A DNA stretch of 59,794 nt, counting the filler. It is 5 parts of 5 records of this genome, joined end to end, with 100 filler letters (N's around TTAATTAATTAA, not from the genome) between each part and the next. Parts side by side here need not be neighbours in the genome. Positions count along the whole stretch, not along the records: positions 46,675 to 54,609 come from SRR31147125_5460; positions 54,710 to 59,794 come from SRR31147125_5469; 3 more parts are not named here. The stretch is one strand, 5' to 3'. Below, piece by piece: positions 48,043 through 58,313 of the stretch (positions within the stretch are counted from its first letter, which is position 1; each line of letters opens with the position of its first letter). The translations under genes were made by a program, and so were the position numbers. A model generated the notes under the pieces. The model saw only the letters and a program-made list of their open reading frames with translations, had not been told where the DNA came from and did not search any database.

Positions 48043-49380
48043 TTAGTAGATATTTTCTAATTCAGCACCGTTAAAGTAGTGTTTTAGAATGGCTTTGTAC
48101 GAGTAGCCTTTTTCTCCCATTACAGCAGCTCCAATCTGACAAAGGCCGACTCCATGCCCCCAGCCAGCACCACTTAAAACAAATTTTTGTGGAATTTCAT
48201 CAACTTTGTCTATATGATCTACAACAAATGCAGAACTGTATAAATGGGATTCAGAGAGAGCACGTCGTATTTCCAATTCCTTACCAATGGTTAGGATTTT
48301 TTTTGTTCCGGTAATTTTAAGTTTGATTATCCGAGATGAATGACCTCTTTCAACTGCCTCCAGTTTGATGATCTGACCAAAATCGATACCGATTTTTTTA
48401 AAGATTAAGCTTGATAGTTCCTCTTGTGAATAGCTGACTTTCCAGCGATAGAAATCAGATGTTGCCTGATCAAAATCAGGTAATACCTGTGAAAGAACTT
48501 GTTTATTGTTTGTATTACAAAATGCCGGAGGGGTGCTCTTAATCCATTCTTCTGCTTCATCTTCCTGGCGAAGGTCGACACAGGTGGTGGCAGCAAGTTC
48601 AGAATCGACTATTTTGGTGAGGTAGCTATACCGTGTAGGTTCCCATGTTTTCTCGAAGTTTTCGGAAATTCCACCACAACATTTTGAAAAACGGGTATCA
48701 CATATTTGATCATCAGACACCATTACCTGTCCCAAAGTTGAGTCAATAGCTTCCAGTGCTTTTGTATTAATAATTTTTGTGATTCCCTGGTAACGCTGAC
48801 AATGATCATCTGCACATACATCAAAGTGTTCATGATCTTCCCGGTCGTACCACCGGATTAACTCTTCTTCTATTTGTATGGTTGACTGATATCCGTCTGA
48901 CTTATTTGCTAATCGTTTATTTTTTTCAATTTGAGCCAATAACCAACTTCGTGATATTACAGCATGTGCCTTTAAAAGTTCGGGTGAGCTAGTAGCACTC
49001 ATTTCGGAAGATATTACCGAACGCAAATATTCTTCTAGATGAACAATGTTTATAGCCCTAATTTTATCATTTTCAATAATAAACTTCAACCCGCCCTTGA
49101 ATGATTGATTTTCTTTTTGTTCCCAGTGAAAGTCAATTCCAATGGTTACATCTTTCAATAAAAATGAAGAATCACTTTCATTGCTTGTGAATAAAAGTTC
49201 ACGCTTCTGAGATATCTGTTTATCGTTTAAAAACAGACAAATAGAGTCCTTCTTTAATTTGACTCTATATTTCAGGTGGGATGATAGCCTCTTTTCTTCT
49301 AGAAAGTATGTTCCTGAAAACTCAAAATCGATTTCATTATCGATCATTATGCCGACAAGTATTTCAGGCTCCTGTTTCAT
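48043..49380 (-). CDS. SpoIID/LytB domain lytic transglycosylase
   Basis: LEEYLRSVISSEM...LKAHAVISRS, DVCADDHCQRYQG and GWGHGVGLCQIGA...ILKHYF. Confidence 0.88.
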   Translation of the reverse strand: MKQEPEILVGIMIDNEIDFEFSGTYFLEEKRLSSHLKYRVKLKKDSICLFLNDKQISQKRELLFTSNESDSSFLLKDVTIGIDFHWEQKENQSFKGGLKFIIENDKIRAINIVHLEEYLRSVISSEMSATSSPELLKAHAVISRSWLLAQIEKNKRLANKSDGYQSTIQIEEELIRWYDREDHEHFDVCADDHCQRYQGITKIINTKALEAIDSTLGQVMVSDDQICDTRFSKCCGGISENFEKTWEPTRYSYLTKIVDSELAATTCVDLRQEDEAEEWIKSTPPAFCNTNNKQVLSQVLPDFDQATSDFYRWKVSYSQEELSSLIFKKIGIDFGQIIKLEAVERGHSSRIIKLKITGTKKILTIGKELEIRRALSESHLYSSAFVVDHIDKVDEIPQKFVLSGAGWGHGVGLCQIGAAVMGEKGYSYKAILKHYFNGAELENIY

Positions 49381-50368
49381 AAATTTCTTTTAAATCTGAT
49401 TTCAGCTTCTCAAAAGCTTTGTCATTTAAGGTTACTTGATTGTATATGCTAATGAGATCACTGTTTGAAATTTCTTGAAAATCTTTTTCACGAGGAAGAA
49501 TTCCAAGCCCCCCCATTTCAGCAGCTGCAGGGCTAATTAAAATTTGATCATCTCCTTCTTCGTAATACTGAGTTGGGCGTAGCTTCTCTCGCGGAAAAAT
49601 GATAACCTTCCACCCATTTTTGTAATAACATAGAATATTCATCATTGGCTCGGTTTCATTTTCAGGGAGTATGCGATGAATAAATTTGAACTGCTTTTGA
49701 AGTTCTTCCTGATTATCAGACTCCAGTATGAAAAATTTTCGTAGGTAAGGTTCTCCAACTGCTGAAAGTTTTAACTCGTCACTTTGAAAAAGTATTTCAC
49801 CATGCTTTTCAGCAATTTGTGTTGCTTCAGTGTTTATAGGCATAAGCCCTTTCAACCCTGCCTGAAAGTGAAAATGATCGGGTGCAGATGCTCCACATTT
49901 TGGACCGTTATAAAATATGGTGAACTCTTCAAGTGCTTTGCTAAGAGTTAACATATCTCCAAATTTGCCTTCAATTTTCTGTGAGGAATGTTCATTTAAA
50001 GTAATGGTGAGGTGAATAGGGAAAATAGGATATGGATTAATCAAGATCGAATATTTTCCTTTGTAATCAATCCCTTTTTGTTGAACAGGTAAGTTTTTGT
50101 CACACAAGAAACAAGCTCGCTTTTTAATTGATTCATGATCAACTTTTGCTGCAGAAGAGCGAATTCGTTCCGGATTGTATTGAACACGAATTTTAAAATC
50201 ACTGAAATGGAGTAAGCGAACGTTTACCTTCTCTAGACCTTTGTAGTTTGACTTTACCAAATTCCAGTTCTCCTTCTGGTGAAGAAAAAGCGCTTTTGCC
50301 AAATCAGACAAGCTAGTGGTTGGACCAAACGGTTTTAGTTCTTCTATTTCAATAATATGATCGTGCAT
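49364..50368 (-). CDS. DUF4922-like HIT/GalT-superfamily nucleotidylyltransferase or phosphorylase
   Basis: QYNPERIRSS, CFLC, NPYPI, YNGPKCGASAPDHFHFQAG (HxHxQ) and SPAAAEMGG motifs. Confidence 0.75.
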   Translation of the reverse strand: MHDHIIEIEELKPFGPTTSLSDLAKALFLHQKENWNLVKSNYKGLEKVNVRLLHFSDFKIRVQYNPERIRSSAAKVDHESIKKRACFLCDKNLPVQQKGIDYKGKYSILINPYPIFPIHLTITLNEHSSQKIEGKFGDMLTLSKALEEFTIFYNGPKCGASAPDHFHFQAGLKGLMPINTEATQIAEKHGEILFQSDELKLSAVGEPYLRKFFILESDNQEELQKQFKFIHRILPENETEPMMNILCYYKNGWKVIIFPREKLRPTQYYEEGDDQILISPAAAEMGGLGILPREKDFQEISNSDLISIYNQVTLNDKAFEKLKSDLKEIYETGA

Positions 50369-51816
50369 TATGCTTGATTCTTTTGAATTCTAGCTTTTAA
50401 CTCAAATGTACGTAAACGATCTTTGTATACATTGTGCGCATTCATTTTATTAATATCTAAAGATGCATCTGAGTTATCCTCCCATCTTCGGCAACGGTAA
50501 ATTGCATCATATATGCGTCCAATTTTATATTCTCTTGAAATTGCTATCCCTAGTGCATAATCTTCACCATAACTGGTGTTTGGCACACGGAGTTCTTTTA
50601 TAATGGGTTTAAAAAAGGCTCGCGGTGCTCCTAGTCCGTTTATGCGCAGGGCATTATTTGGACCATTCTCGGGAGTCCACTCTTTGTGGTCTATTAATCC
50701 GGGAGGAATTTCTTCCAGATTAAAATTGCACATTTGATAGGAGCCAATAACCATGGCACATTTGTCGATATAAAATTGGTCAACTATTTTCTGAATTGTA
50801 TTTTCATCGAAGTATAAATCATCGCTATCCAGTTGAATGGCAAAACGGCCACATTGTTTATGATCAATTGCTTCATTCCAACAACCGCCAATCCCCAAAT
50901 CTTTACGTTTCGGATTTACTACAATTAACCGCTCATCATCATAAGAATCCAGAATTTCTGAAGTGCCATCAGTTGAATAATTATCAATTACAATCAAGTT
51001 GAAATTAAAGGACGTTTTTTGAGTTAAAACTGAATTAACTGCAACTTGAATTGTTTTTGCCCGATCACGAACAGGAATAATAACACTGGCTTCAACAGGA
51101 AAGTCACCAGAAAAATCGACTTCTTTAAAATCGGGTTTCAAAAAAGCACCAACTTTTTTAAGGTGAAGGGTACAGGCTTCTTCCATTTCAATTTGCTTTT
51201 CCCTTGCATTTACATTCACATAGTCAAATTGCTTTTCTCCTGTTTTGCGGGTATCCATTTCAATCATGCTAAATAGAGGTTCCGGAATACGAAGTATTTC
51301 ACCTTCACGCGATGCCTTTAAACGAAGAGCATAATAGCCAGCAGACTTCCAACTCCGGTTTATCTCCGTTTCAATATTTTCAAATACTTGTTTTTTGTAT
51401 AACTGCACAGGTCCAAAATTGAAATCGTCTCGTAAACTTCCAACTTGATAATCAATTACTGGATGATTGGATTGAGTTCCATTTTTTATTTCGTGATAAT
51501 CGCAGTAAATCATACATGCGTTACTGGAAATAGCCAATTGAGCCATTCTTTCAATTGAATACTGTCCGGTCTGTATCGGTGTGTATTGGAGTGAAGTAAG
51601 TGCAAAGTCAGCATCAAGCCTTTCAGCAATAGCAAGAATATTTTGGCTCGAATTTGGGTTTTTGGATACAATTATTTCAGCATTTTTAAACTCAATATTC
51701 TCAGGGGCAATAACAAAAATATTTTTCACCGAACCTGATAGGCAAACTTGGTCAATCGTTTTTTGGGTTTCTTCAAAACCACTATATGCTATAAAACAAT
51801 CAATACATTTAGTCAT
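50368..51816 (-). CDS. Glycosyltransferase family 2
   Basis: [24 protein letters not shown] and GED motifs; N-terminal second GT-A-like region. Confidence 0.88.
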   Translation of the reverse strand: MTKCIDCFIAYSGFEETQKTIDQVCLSGSVKNIFVIAPENIEFKNAEIIVSKNPNSSQNILAIAERLDADFALTSLQYTPIQTGQYSIERMAQLAISSNACMIYCDYHEIKNGTQSNHPVIDYQVGSLRDDFNFGPVQLYKKQVFENIETEINRSWKSAGYYALRLKASREGEILRIPEPLFSMIEMDTRKTGEKQFDYVNVNAREKQIEMEEACTLHLKKVGAFLKPDFKEVDFSGDFPVEASVIIPVRDRAKTIQVAVNSVLTQKTSFNFNLIVIDNYSTDGTSEILDSYDDERLIVVNPKRKDLGIGGCWNEAIDHKQCGRFAIQLDSDDLYFDENTIQKIVDQFYIDKCAMVIGSYQMCNFNLEEIPPGLIDHKEWTPENGPNNALRINGLGAPRAFFKPIIKELRVPNTSYGEDYALGIAISREYKIGRIYDAIYRCRRWEDNSDASLDINKMNAHNVYKDRLRTFELKARIQKNQA

Positions 51817-51820
51817 TACT

Positions 51821-53323
51821 CTATAACTTAATTATTACTGATTTTGTTGGTTCACTTTCGTTATGAAGTCTGTCAAGTGCAGTTACTCTAACTTCATAAG
51901 CTTTTTTCTTTCCTTTTCCCCGCTTTAATTTAATTTTTTGCTTGGAAGTAATTTCTTCAATAAATTCTGAATTATTTGCATCGAAATTTTGACCGATACG
52001 AGTTTTGTATACAACATAGCGTACCGCACGGTTCATATAGCCAGTAGCCATTGGCTCTTCCCATTTAATTGAACGTGATCCACTTTTCTTAAACTTGATG
52101 GGTGTATCCGGACTTTGCCCATCTATCCATGGCATTTCAGGAACGATAGCCGGGGTGTTGTAAAGTTTTAGTTGAAGGCTGTCATTAAAGCCATCTAAAT
52201 GTTTGTAAAAGTGTTTAACACTAAAAAATGCACTTCCTGCAAAGTTGTCAAGTTCACGAGAGAACCTGATTTGATCGGTTAATTGTTTCGAACTTCGCCA
52301 TTCCTCAAGATTCGATTCAGGATCAAATTTATATGTTGCATGCCCGATGTAAAAGGCTTTTCCATAAGCATTATCATTCCACCAATTTGCAAGCATTTTA
52401 TAATCCACAGCGGGATGCCCGAATCTCCAGTATAGCTGGGGGAGTACATAGTCAATCCATCCTTCTTTCTGCCATTTCAAAATATCAGCATAAAGTTGAT
52501 CATAGTTTGTTGTGCCAGCTTGCGAATCAGAGCCTCTTGGGTCGTCTTTTTTATTACGCCAAACACCAAACGGACTAATTCCGAATTTCACCCATGGCTT
52601 GGTTGATTTAATTACCTTATCCAGTTGCTGAATAATGATGTCTACATTTTCTCTGCGCCAATCATCTATTTCTGCATTTGAAAAACCTCGGTTAAACTGG
52701 CGGAAAGAAGTGGTGTCAGGGAACGGTTGATTTGCAATTGGATACGGATAAAAGTAATCATCAAAATGAATGGCATCTACATCGTATCGTGAAACTACAT
52801 CATGAACAACTTTCCCTATAAACTCACGGGTTTGGGGTAAGCCAGGATCAAAGTATAGTTTTGTTCCATATTGGATAACCCAATTCGGATGTTCAAACGC
52901 TATGTGGTTAGCTGCCAGTGGCTCGTCAAATTTTTGCGCCAAGCGGAATGGATTAAACCAGGCATGAAACTCCATATTTCGATTATGACACTCTTCAATC
53001 CAAAATTTCATGGGATCATATCCGGGAGATTTCCCTGGTGTACCTGTGAGGTATCGCGACCATGGCTCAAGCTTTGAGTGATAAAAAGCATCGCTGGCCG
53101 GGCGAATCTGAAAAATGACAGCATTCAATCCATTTTTCTGCATTAAATTTAATATGTTAATGGCTTCAGCTTTTTGTTCAGCTTGATTTAAACCAGGACT
53201 GGAAGGCCAGTCTATGTTTGACACTGTGGCAACCCAGGCAGCACGAAACTCGCGTTTTGGGTTTTTTTGAGCTTTCAAACTGATTGGTATGTAGAATATT
53301 AATAGTAATATAAAGAGTCGCAT
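51821..53323 (-). CDS. Secreted glycoside hydrolase-like family 10 protein (GHL10/DUF187, YddW/DigH-like) with an FN3-like tail
   Basis: Signal peptide; [33 protein letters not shown] and PQLYW motifs. Confidence 0.88.
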   Translation of the reverse strand: MRLFILLLIFYIPISLKAQKNPKREFRAAWVATVSNIDWPSSPGLNQAEQKAEAINILNLMQKNGLNAVIFQIRPASDAFYHSKLEPWSRYLTGTPGKSPGYDPMKFWIEECHNRNMEFHAWFNPFRLAQKFDEPLAANHIAFEHPNWVIQYGTKLYFDPGLPQTREFIGKVVHDVVSRYDVDAIHFDDYFYPYPIANQPFPDTTSFRQFNRGFSNAEIDDWRRENVDIIIQQLDKVIKSTKPWVKFGISPFGVWRNKKDDPRGSDSQAGTTNYDQLYADILKWQKEGWIDYVLPQLYWRFGHPAVDYKMLANWWNDNAYGKAFYIGHATYKFDPESNLEEWRSSKQLTDQIRFSRELDNFAGSAFFSVKHFYKHLDGFNDSLQLKLYNTPAIVPEMPWIDGQSPDTPIKFKKSGSRSIKWEEPMATGYMNRAVRYVVYKTRIGQNFDANNSEFIEEITSKQKIKLKRGKGKKKAYEVRVTALDRLHNESEPTKSVIIKL

Positions 53324-53510
53324 GAATTATATTTTAATGAAAATTCTGTTTGAATATCTGGTATCTATTTGAAAGAACAAAATACCAAGTAGTAAATCAA
53401 AAAACAAGGAGGTGTTTTAAAGATCTGATGAAGATTTCAACAAGTCATTGTTCATCAAATAGTACATTGGTAAAATTAAAAGGAATGATATTGGCGCTTG
53501 AAAATAGTCC

Positions 53511-53518
53511 TATATTTG
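53511..53518 (+). promoter_or_regulatory. Bacteroidetes -7 promoter element immediately before the kinase ATG
   Basis: TATATTTG matches TAnnTTTG; ATG follows 4 nt later. Confidence 0.5.
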
Positions 53519-53522
53519 TGAG

Positions 53523-54365
53523 ATGATATTAATTGCAGACAGTGGATCTACAAAGACTTCATGGCGAATAATTAGCTCGAGTGGGGAAGTCAAATCGATT
53601 GAGACTTCTGGTATCAATCCTTTTTTTAGATCCAGCGATGATATAGAGCGTGAGCTACGAAAAGAATTGCTTCCATTTGCATTAAATATTCAGAAGATTT
53701 TCTTTTATGGAGCCGGAATTGTCAATGATGAAAAGGCATCAATTGTTATCCATGCTCTAAGGCAATTGTTTGGTGAAATTCCTGTTCATGCATATAGCGA
53801 TGTTGTTGGTGCAGCACGTTCCGTGTGTCGTAATAAACCAGGTATTGCTTGTGTTTTAGGAACAGGATCAAGTGCTTGTTTGTATGATGGAGTCAATATT
53901 ATTGATGCCATACCCCCAATGGGTTTTATACTCGGAGATGAAGGAAGCGGTGTAGCAATGGGAAAGAATCTTATTGGAGATTATTTTAAGAAGATAATGC
54001 CTGAAAAACTAAGGCATAAATTTCAACAACAATATAAAATTTCTAAGGTTGATGTACTTGAAAAGGTGTATAAAAGAGAGAAGCCAAACCAGTACCTCGC
54101 CAGTTTTACATTATTCATTTCTGAAAATATAGATGAAAAATATTGTAGCGAGCTTGTACGTCAAAATTTAAGATCGTTTATTACTCGAAATATTAAAAAT
54201 ATTGAAGGTTTTTTTGAAATGCCAGTTCACTTTGTTGGCTCTGTTGCATTTGTCTTTCAAAATTTATTGATAGAAGTAATAGAAGATGAAGGACTTATGT
54301 TTGGACAAGTCGTGAAAGACCCAGTAGATGGACTTGTTGCATACCACCAAAATCAAGAATTATAA
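53523..54365 (+). CDS. BadF/BadG/BcrA/BcrD-type ASKHA kinase (GlcNAc/MurNAc kinase-like)
   Basis: IADSGSTKT, GINP, FYGAG, LGTGS, GFILGDEGSG and FVGSVA motifs. Confidence 0.85.
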   Translation: MILIADSGSTKTSWRIISSSGEVKSIETSGINPFFRSSDDIERELRKELLPFALNIQKIFFYGAGIVNDEKASIVIHALRQLFGEIPVHAYSDVVGAARSVCRNKPGIACVLGTGSSACLYDGVNIIDAIPPMGFILGDEGSGVAMGKNLIGDYFKKIMPEKLRHKFQQQYKISKVDVLEKVYKREKPNQYLASFTLFISENIDEKYCSELVRQNLRSFITRNIKNIEGFFEMPVHFVGSVAFVFQNLLIEVIEDEGLMFGQVVKDPVDGLVAYHQNQEL

Positions 54366-54455
54366 ACAGCCACTAATAAATGTTTATTTCTGTTTGTTTG
54401 TGTAAGGTGCTTTAAATTAATAGACTGAAGCATTCAAAATAAATCTGCAAAGCGA

Positions 54456-54488
54456 ATTGTGTAACTCCTGATTTTTTTAATATCTTTG
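54456..54488 (+). promoter_or_regulatory. Bacteroidetes sigma-A promoter driving the candidate sRNA
   Basis: ATTG (-33)-21 bp-TATCTTTG (-7). Confidence 0.6.
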
Positions 54489-54493
54489 ACCCG

Positions 54494-54609
54494 AAATCGA
54501 GTATACGGTTTTCCGTGTACGATAACGATGGCATGACGGAAATTCCCTTTTAAGGGATACTACATTTCCGGAATGCTCATGGTTTATTAGGTTTAGTTGG
54601 TTTAGGTTA
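54494..54609 (+). ncRNA. 5' part of a candidate structured sRNA with GGTTTAG repeats
   Basis: Hairpin GTATACGG/CCGTGTAC; nested stem GCAT-CGGAAAT-TCCCTT/AAGGGA-ATTTCCG-ATGC; then GGTTTATTAGGTTTAGTTGGTTTAGGTTA; no long ORF. Confidence 0.5.
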
Positions 54610-54709
54610 NNNNNNNNNNNNNNNNNNNNNNNNNNNNNNNNNNNNNNNNNNNNTTAATTAATTAANNNNNNNNNNNNNNNNNNNNNNNNNNNNNNNNNNN
54701 NNNNNNNNN
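54610..54709. other. Artificial contig-joining spacer
   Basis: N-run + TTAATTAATTAA + N-run. Confidence 0.98.
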
Positions 54710-55627
54710 GCAGAACCGCCGCTTATTCTGGTCGGGCTGGGAGCCAAGGAACCCTTTCATGCATCCCCTGAAGTATACCTCAAAGGTCAGGAACAGCTGA
54801 TGGCCTACGGCCTGAAGGTGCTTGACCGGCTTGCGCCCGGCAAGGTTCGGGTCTTTGCAGATGAGGCCGAAAAAGGACTCAGCCAAAAAGCAGACCAGTG
54901 GCTGACGCACACCATTGCCGGCAACTACCCCAGCGACGATCCGGGAACGGTGCTTTACTATCTTAAGACGGAAGCGTCGCAAAACCGGGCCTGGTATGTG
55001 GCCGGCCAGGATCTGTTGCTGCTGGCCCATCTGCTGCGCGAAGGGCGTTATCCCACCCAGCGGGTGGTGGCCGTGGGAGGCAGCGCGGCCCCCGAGCGCC
55101 GACACTACCTGACCCGAATGGGCGAACCACTGGCTGGGTTGTTCGATTCCGACCGCCTAAACGGAGACGAGCGTTTTGTGGTTGGTGGCCTGTTCCGGGG
55201 CTACGCGAGCAGTAAAGACAGCTTCATGGGGCTCTATGAAACGGCACTGAACGTGGTGCCCGAAGGTGGCGAAGCGGAGTTTCTGGCCCTGTTCAACCCC
55301 GGCATCTCCCGGCATAGCTATTCGCGCACCTTTCTCTCCAAGCTCAATCCCAAAAACCTGGTGTACAACTGTAACATCCATGGAGACGAAAGGGCCTGCA
55401 TCGCCTGCATGCACTGCGCAGACGTCTGCCCGGTGGATCTGCTGCCGCAACTGATTTATAAAGCCATCCTCGTCGATGAGGTCGAAGAGTACCTTGAACA
55501 CGGATTGCTCGATTGCGTAGAGTGTGGGTTGTGCTCTTACGTCTGTCCGTCAAAAATAGAGCTCAGCCGGACGCTTGTAGCGGCAAAGGGGAGTTATGCC
55601 AAAGAGCGGACCGAAAAGAGCGAATAG
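54710..55627 (+). CDS. nqrA: Na+-NQR subunit A, 5' truncated, with an intact 2x[4Fe-4S] domain
   Basis: Frame open from the contig start; first gene of nqrBCDEF; CIACMHCADVCP and CVECGLCSYVCP motifs. Confidence 0.82.
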   Translation, partial: AEPPLILVGLGAKEPFHASPEVYLKGQEQLMAYGLKVLDRLAPGKVRVFADEAEKGLSQKADQWLTHTIAGNYPSDDPGTVLYYLKTEASQNRAWYVAGQDLLLLAHLLREGRYPTQRVVAVGGSAAPERRHYLTRMGEPLAGLFDSDRLNGDERFVVGGLFRGYASSKDSFMGLYETALNVVPEGGEAEFLALFNPGISRHSYSRTFLSKLNPKNLVYNCNIHGDERACIACMHCADVCPVDLLPQLIYKAILVDEVEEYLEHGLLDCVECGLCSYVCPSKIELSRTLVAAKGSYAKERTEKSE

Positions 55628-55697
55628 CAATCCAGGCGGAGTGGAAACAACGATAGCTCATATTGCAGCCTCCTCTAACTGATGGTGTCCAACAAAG

Positions 55698-56882
55698 ATG
55701 AATATCCTTCGCAAGTTTATTGAAAACCAGCGCAAGCATTTTCAAGGGGAAGGCACTTTGGCGCGCCTGGAACCTTTTTACGAAGCCATGGAGCGGGTCT
55801 TTTTCGGCACCGGCGAGGTGACCCGACAAGCGCCGCATGCACGCGACAGCCTCACGGTGCAGCGCTATATGATGCTGGTCATAGTGATGCTGCTGCCGTG
55901 CCTTTTTTTCGGTATGTACAATGTGGGGCTACAGTCGTTCAAGGCCGCTGGGCAGCCCCTTGATTTCTGGCCCATGCTCCTGTTCGGTGCTAAAGTGGTT
56001 CTGCCGCTGGTCATCATCTCGTACCTGTTCGGATTCGGATGGGAAATCGTCTTTTCCACCATTCGACGTCATCCGATCAGCGAGGGCGTGTTTGTAACGG
56101 CCATGCTATTCCCGCTCACCCTGCCCCCCACAACCCCCTGGTGGCAGGCTGCATTGGGAATCTCTTTCGGTGTCATCATCGGCAAGGAGGTGTTCGGCGG
56201 CACCGGCCGCAACTTTCTCAATCCTGCATTGACAGGCCGGGCTTTTCTCTACTTCGCCTATCCGGTTCAAATGTCGGGTGACGCAGTATGGACCGCCCTA
56301 TTCAATAGCGGTAACCAAGCGGTGGATGCGGTGTCAGCCGCCACACCGCTGGCGGTGGCCGCCACTGCACCGGCTTCTCAATCGGTCACGCAAACCCTCA
56401 ATTCATCCGGCTATGATTTCAGCACCCTCTTTCTCGGCCTCTACCCGGACAGCATCGGTGCCTCCTCGGCCCTTTTGTGCCTGATCGGCGCCGCGGTTCT
56501 GATCTTTATCGGCGTGGCCAGCTACCGTATTATTATCGGAGATATTCTGGGTGTGCTGGCCGTAGGCTATGCGCTCAACTTGATGGCAGGCGACGCATCG
56601 GCACCCTACTGGAGCATGAATCCGCTCTATCACCTGTTGATCGGTGGCACGGCCTTCGGGATCGCCTATATGAGCACCGATCCGGTATCGGCACCCGACA
56701 CCCATGCCGCCAGATGGATCTACGGTTTCCTCATCGGCGCATTGACGGTGCTGATCCGGGTCTTCAATCCCGCTTTTCCGGAAGGGATCATGCTGGCCAT
56801 TTTGTTCATGAATGTATTTGCCCCCTTACTGGACCACATGGTGATCCGGTTGAGGATTCGCAGAAGGATACCCAACACGTAG
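55698..56882 (+). CDS. nqrB: Na+-NQR subunit B
   Basis: HARDS, KEVFGGTGRNFLNPAL, SAATPL FMN threonine, TDPVS and PEGIMLAIL motifs. Confidence 0.93.
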   Translation: MNILRKFIENQRKHFQGEGTLARLEPFYEAMERVFFGTGEVTRQAPHARDSLTVQRYMMLVIVMLLPCLFFGMYNVGLQSFKAAGQPLDFWPMLLFGAKVVLPLVIISYLFGFGWEIVFSTIRRHPISEGVFVTAMLFPLTLPPTTPWWQAALGISFGVIIGKEVFGGTGRNFLNPALTGRAFLYFAYPVQMSGDAVWTALFNSGNQAVDAVSAATPLAVAATAPASQSVTQTLNSSGYDFSTLFLGLYPDSIGASSALLCLIGAAVLIFIGVASYRIIIGDILGVLAVGYALNLMAGDASAPYWSMNPLYHLLIGGTAFGIAYMSTDPVSAPDTHAARWIYGFLIGALTVLIRVFNPAFPEGIMLAILFMNVFAPLLDHMVIRLRIRRRIPNT

Positions 56883-56923
56883 TCAGAAGCAGTGCCGTCT
56901 CCACGGCGGTCAGGAACAGACAG

Positions 56924-57637
56924 ATGCCCAATGCATTAAAATCACTTATTTTCGCAACAATACTGTGCGTGGTTTGCAGCCTGTTGCTCACGGCGGCCAG
57001 CACCGGCCTGCAATCGTATCAGCAGAAAAATGCCGAAGTGGATCGACAAAAAAATATTCTGCTCGCTTTCGGCATTATCTCCGATGGCCAGGCGGTGGGT
57101 TCCGACGAGATCCAAAAGCTTTACCAGAGCAAAGTCAAAAGCCTGGTGATTGACGAGAGTGGACGCATCGTACCGGAAAATGAACGCACCCCTCAAGATC
57201 TTCCCCTTTATACCTACGTTGAGAACGATACGCTGCAAGCCTATGTGGTTCCCATCGACTCAAGGGGGTTGTGGGGCAAAATCCACGGCTATATGGCCAT
57301 TGAGAACGACGGCGCTACCATAAGGGGCTTTACCGTCTACAAACACCAGGAAACCCCGGGCCTGGGCGGTGAAATCGAAAGTCGCTGGTTCCGTAAGAAT
57401 TTCAAGGGCAAAAAAATCGTCGACACAAACGGCGATTTCGTATCCGTCAAGATTGCCAAGGGTAGCGCAGAAGGGGCTGTGGCCGCAAAACGGCGGATTA
57501 ACTACGTAGACGGCATTAGTGGTGCCACGATGACCGGTAAATTCTTGTCCGAAGGGATGAAACAGGTTCTCAAGGAGTACGAGCCGGTTGCCGTGCAGTT
57601 CCGGCAGAAAAACAAACGCTACCTGAGGACTCAGTAG
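56924..57637 (+). CDS. nqrC: Na+-NQR subunit C
   Basis: GLWGKIHGY, HQETPGLGGEI and DGISGATMT FMN site; ATG 56924 preferred over the long ORF-track extension. Confidence 0.92.
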   Translation: MPNALKSLIFATILCVVCSLLLTAASTGLQSYQQKNAEVDRQKNILLAFGIISDGQAVGSDEIQKLYQSKVKSLVIDESGRIVPENERTPQDLPLYTYVENDTLQAYVVPIDSRGLWGKIHGYMAIENDGATIRGFTVYKHQETPGLGGEIESRWFRKNFKGKKIVDTNGDFVSVKIAKGSAEGAVAAKRRINYVDGISGATMTGKFLSEGMKQVLKEYEPVAVQFRQKNKRYLRTQ

Positions 57638-57689
57638 CTTTGAAATAACTTAAAAAGATTAACGGATCAATCCGAACGACGGTCAAACC

Positions 57690-58313
57690 ATGTCAAAGTT
57701 AACAAAAAGCCAAACATACAAAGCGATCTCCGAAGCGTTATGGCAATCCAACCCCATCTCAAAACAGATTCTGGGGATCTGTTCAGCCCTGGCTGTCACG
57801 GTGCAGCTGAAAACCGCCGTGGTCATGGGGCTGGCGCTCACCTTTGTGGTGGCCTTCTCCAACTTGTTCATCTCGCTGCTCAGACGCCGGATACCGAGGA
57901 ATATACGCATCATCGTCGAGGTGGCGGTGATTGCTACACTGGTCATCATCGCCGATGAGTTTTTGCGGGCCTTCATGTACGACATCAGCAAGCAGCTCTC
58001 GGTCTTCGTGGGTCTCATTATCACCAACTGCATTGTCATGGGGCGCGCTGAGACCTTTGCCATGGGTAATCCTCCCGGACGCAGCTTCGTGGACGGTGCC
58101 GCCAACGGCATCGGCTACGCCTCGATCCTGTGCGGCGTCGCTTTCTTCCGCGAGTTGCTGGGATCGGGAAAACTCTTCGGTTTTCAGGTGATCCCCGACA
58201 GCTTCTATGCGGCCGGATATCACAACATGGGCCTGATGCTTCTGGCACCCGGCGCATTTATCACCATCGGCCTGTTCGTCTGGCTGGAGCACACGCTGTT
58301 GAAGGACAAGTAA
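57690..58313 (+). CDS. nqrD: Na+-NQR subunit D
   Basis: [36 protein letters not shown] and RELLGSG motifs. Confidence 0.95.
   Translation: MSKLTKSQTYKAISEALWQSNPISKQILGICSALAVTVQLKTAVVMGLALTFVVAFSNLFISLLRRRIPRNIRIIVEVAVIATLVIIADEFLRAFMYDISKQLSVFVGLIITNCIVMGRAETFAMGNPPGRSFVDGAANGIGYASILCGVAFFRELLGSGKLFGFQVIPDSFYAAGYHNMGLMLLAPGAFITIGLFVWLEHTLLKDK

Noticed and set aside
56477-56923. Long N-terminal extension of NqrC (likewise NqrE from 58130 and the response regulator from 28901)
   Set aside because: Open frames overlapping upstream genes or regulatory DNA; family-like sequence begins at the downstream ATGs
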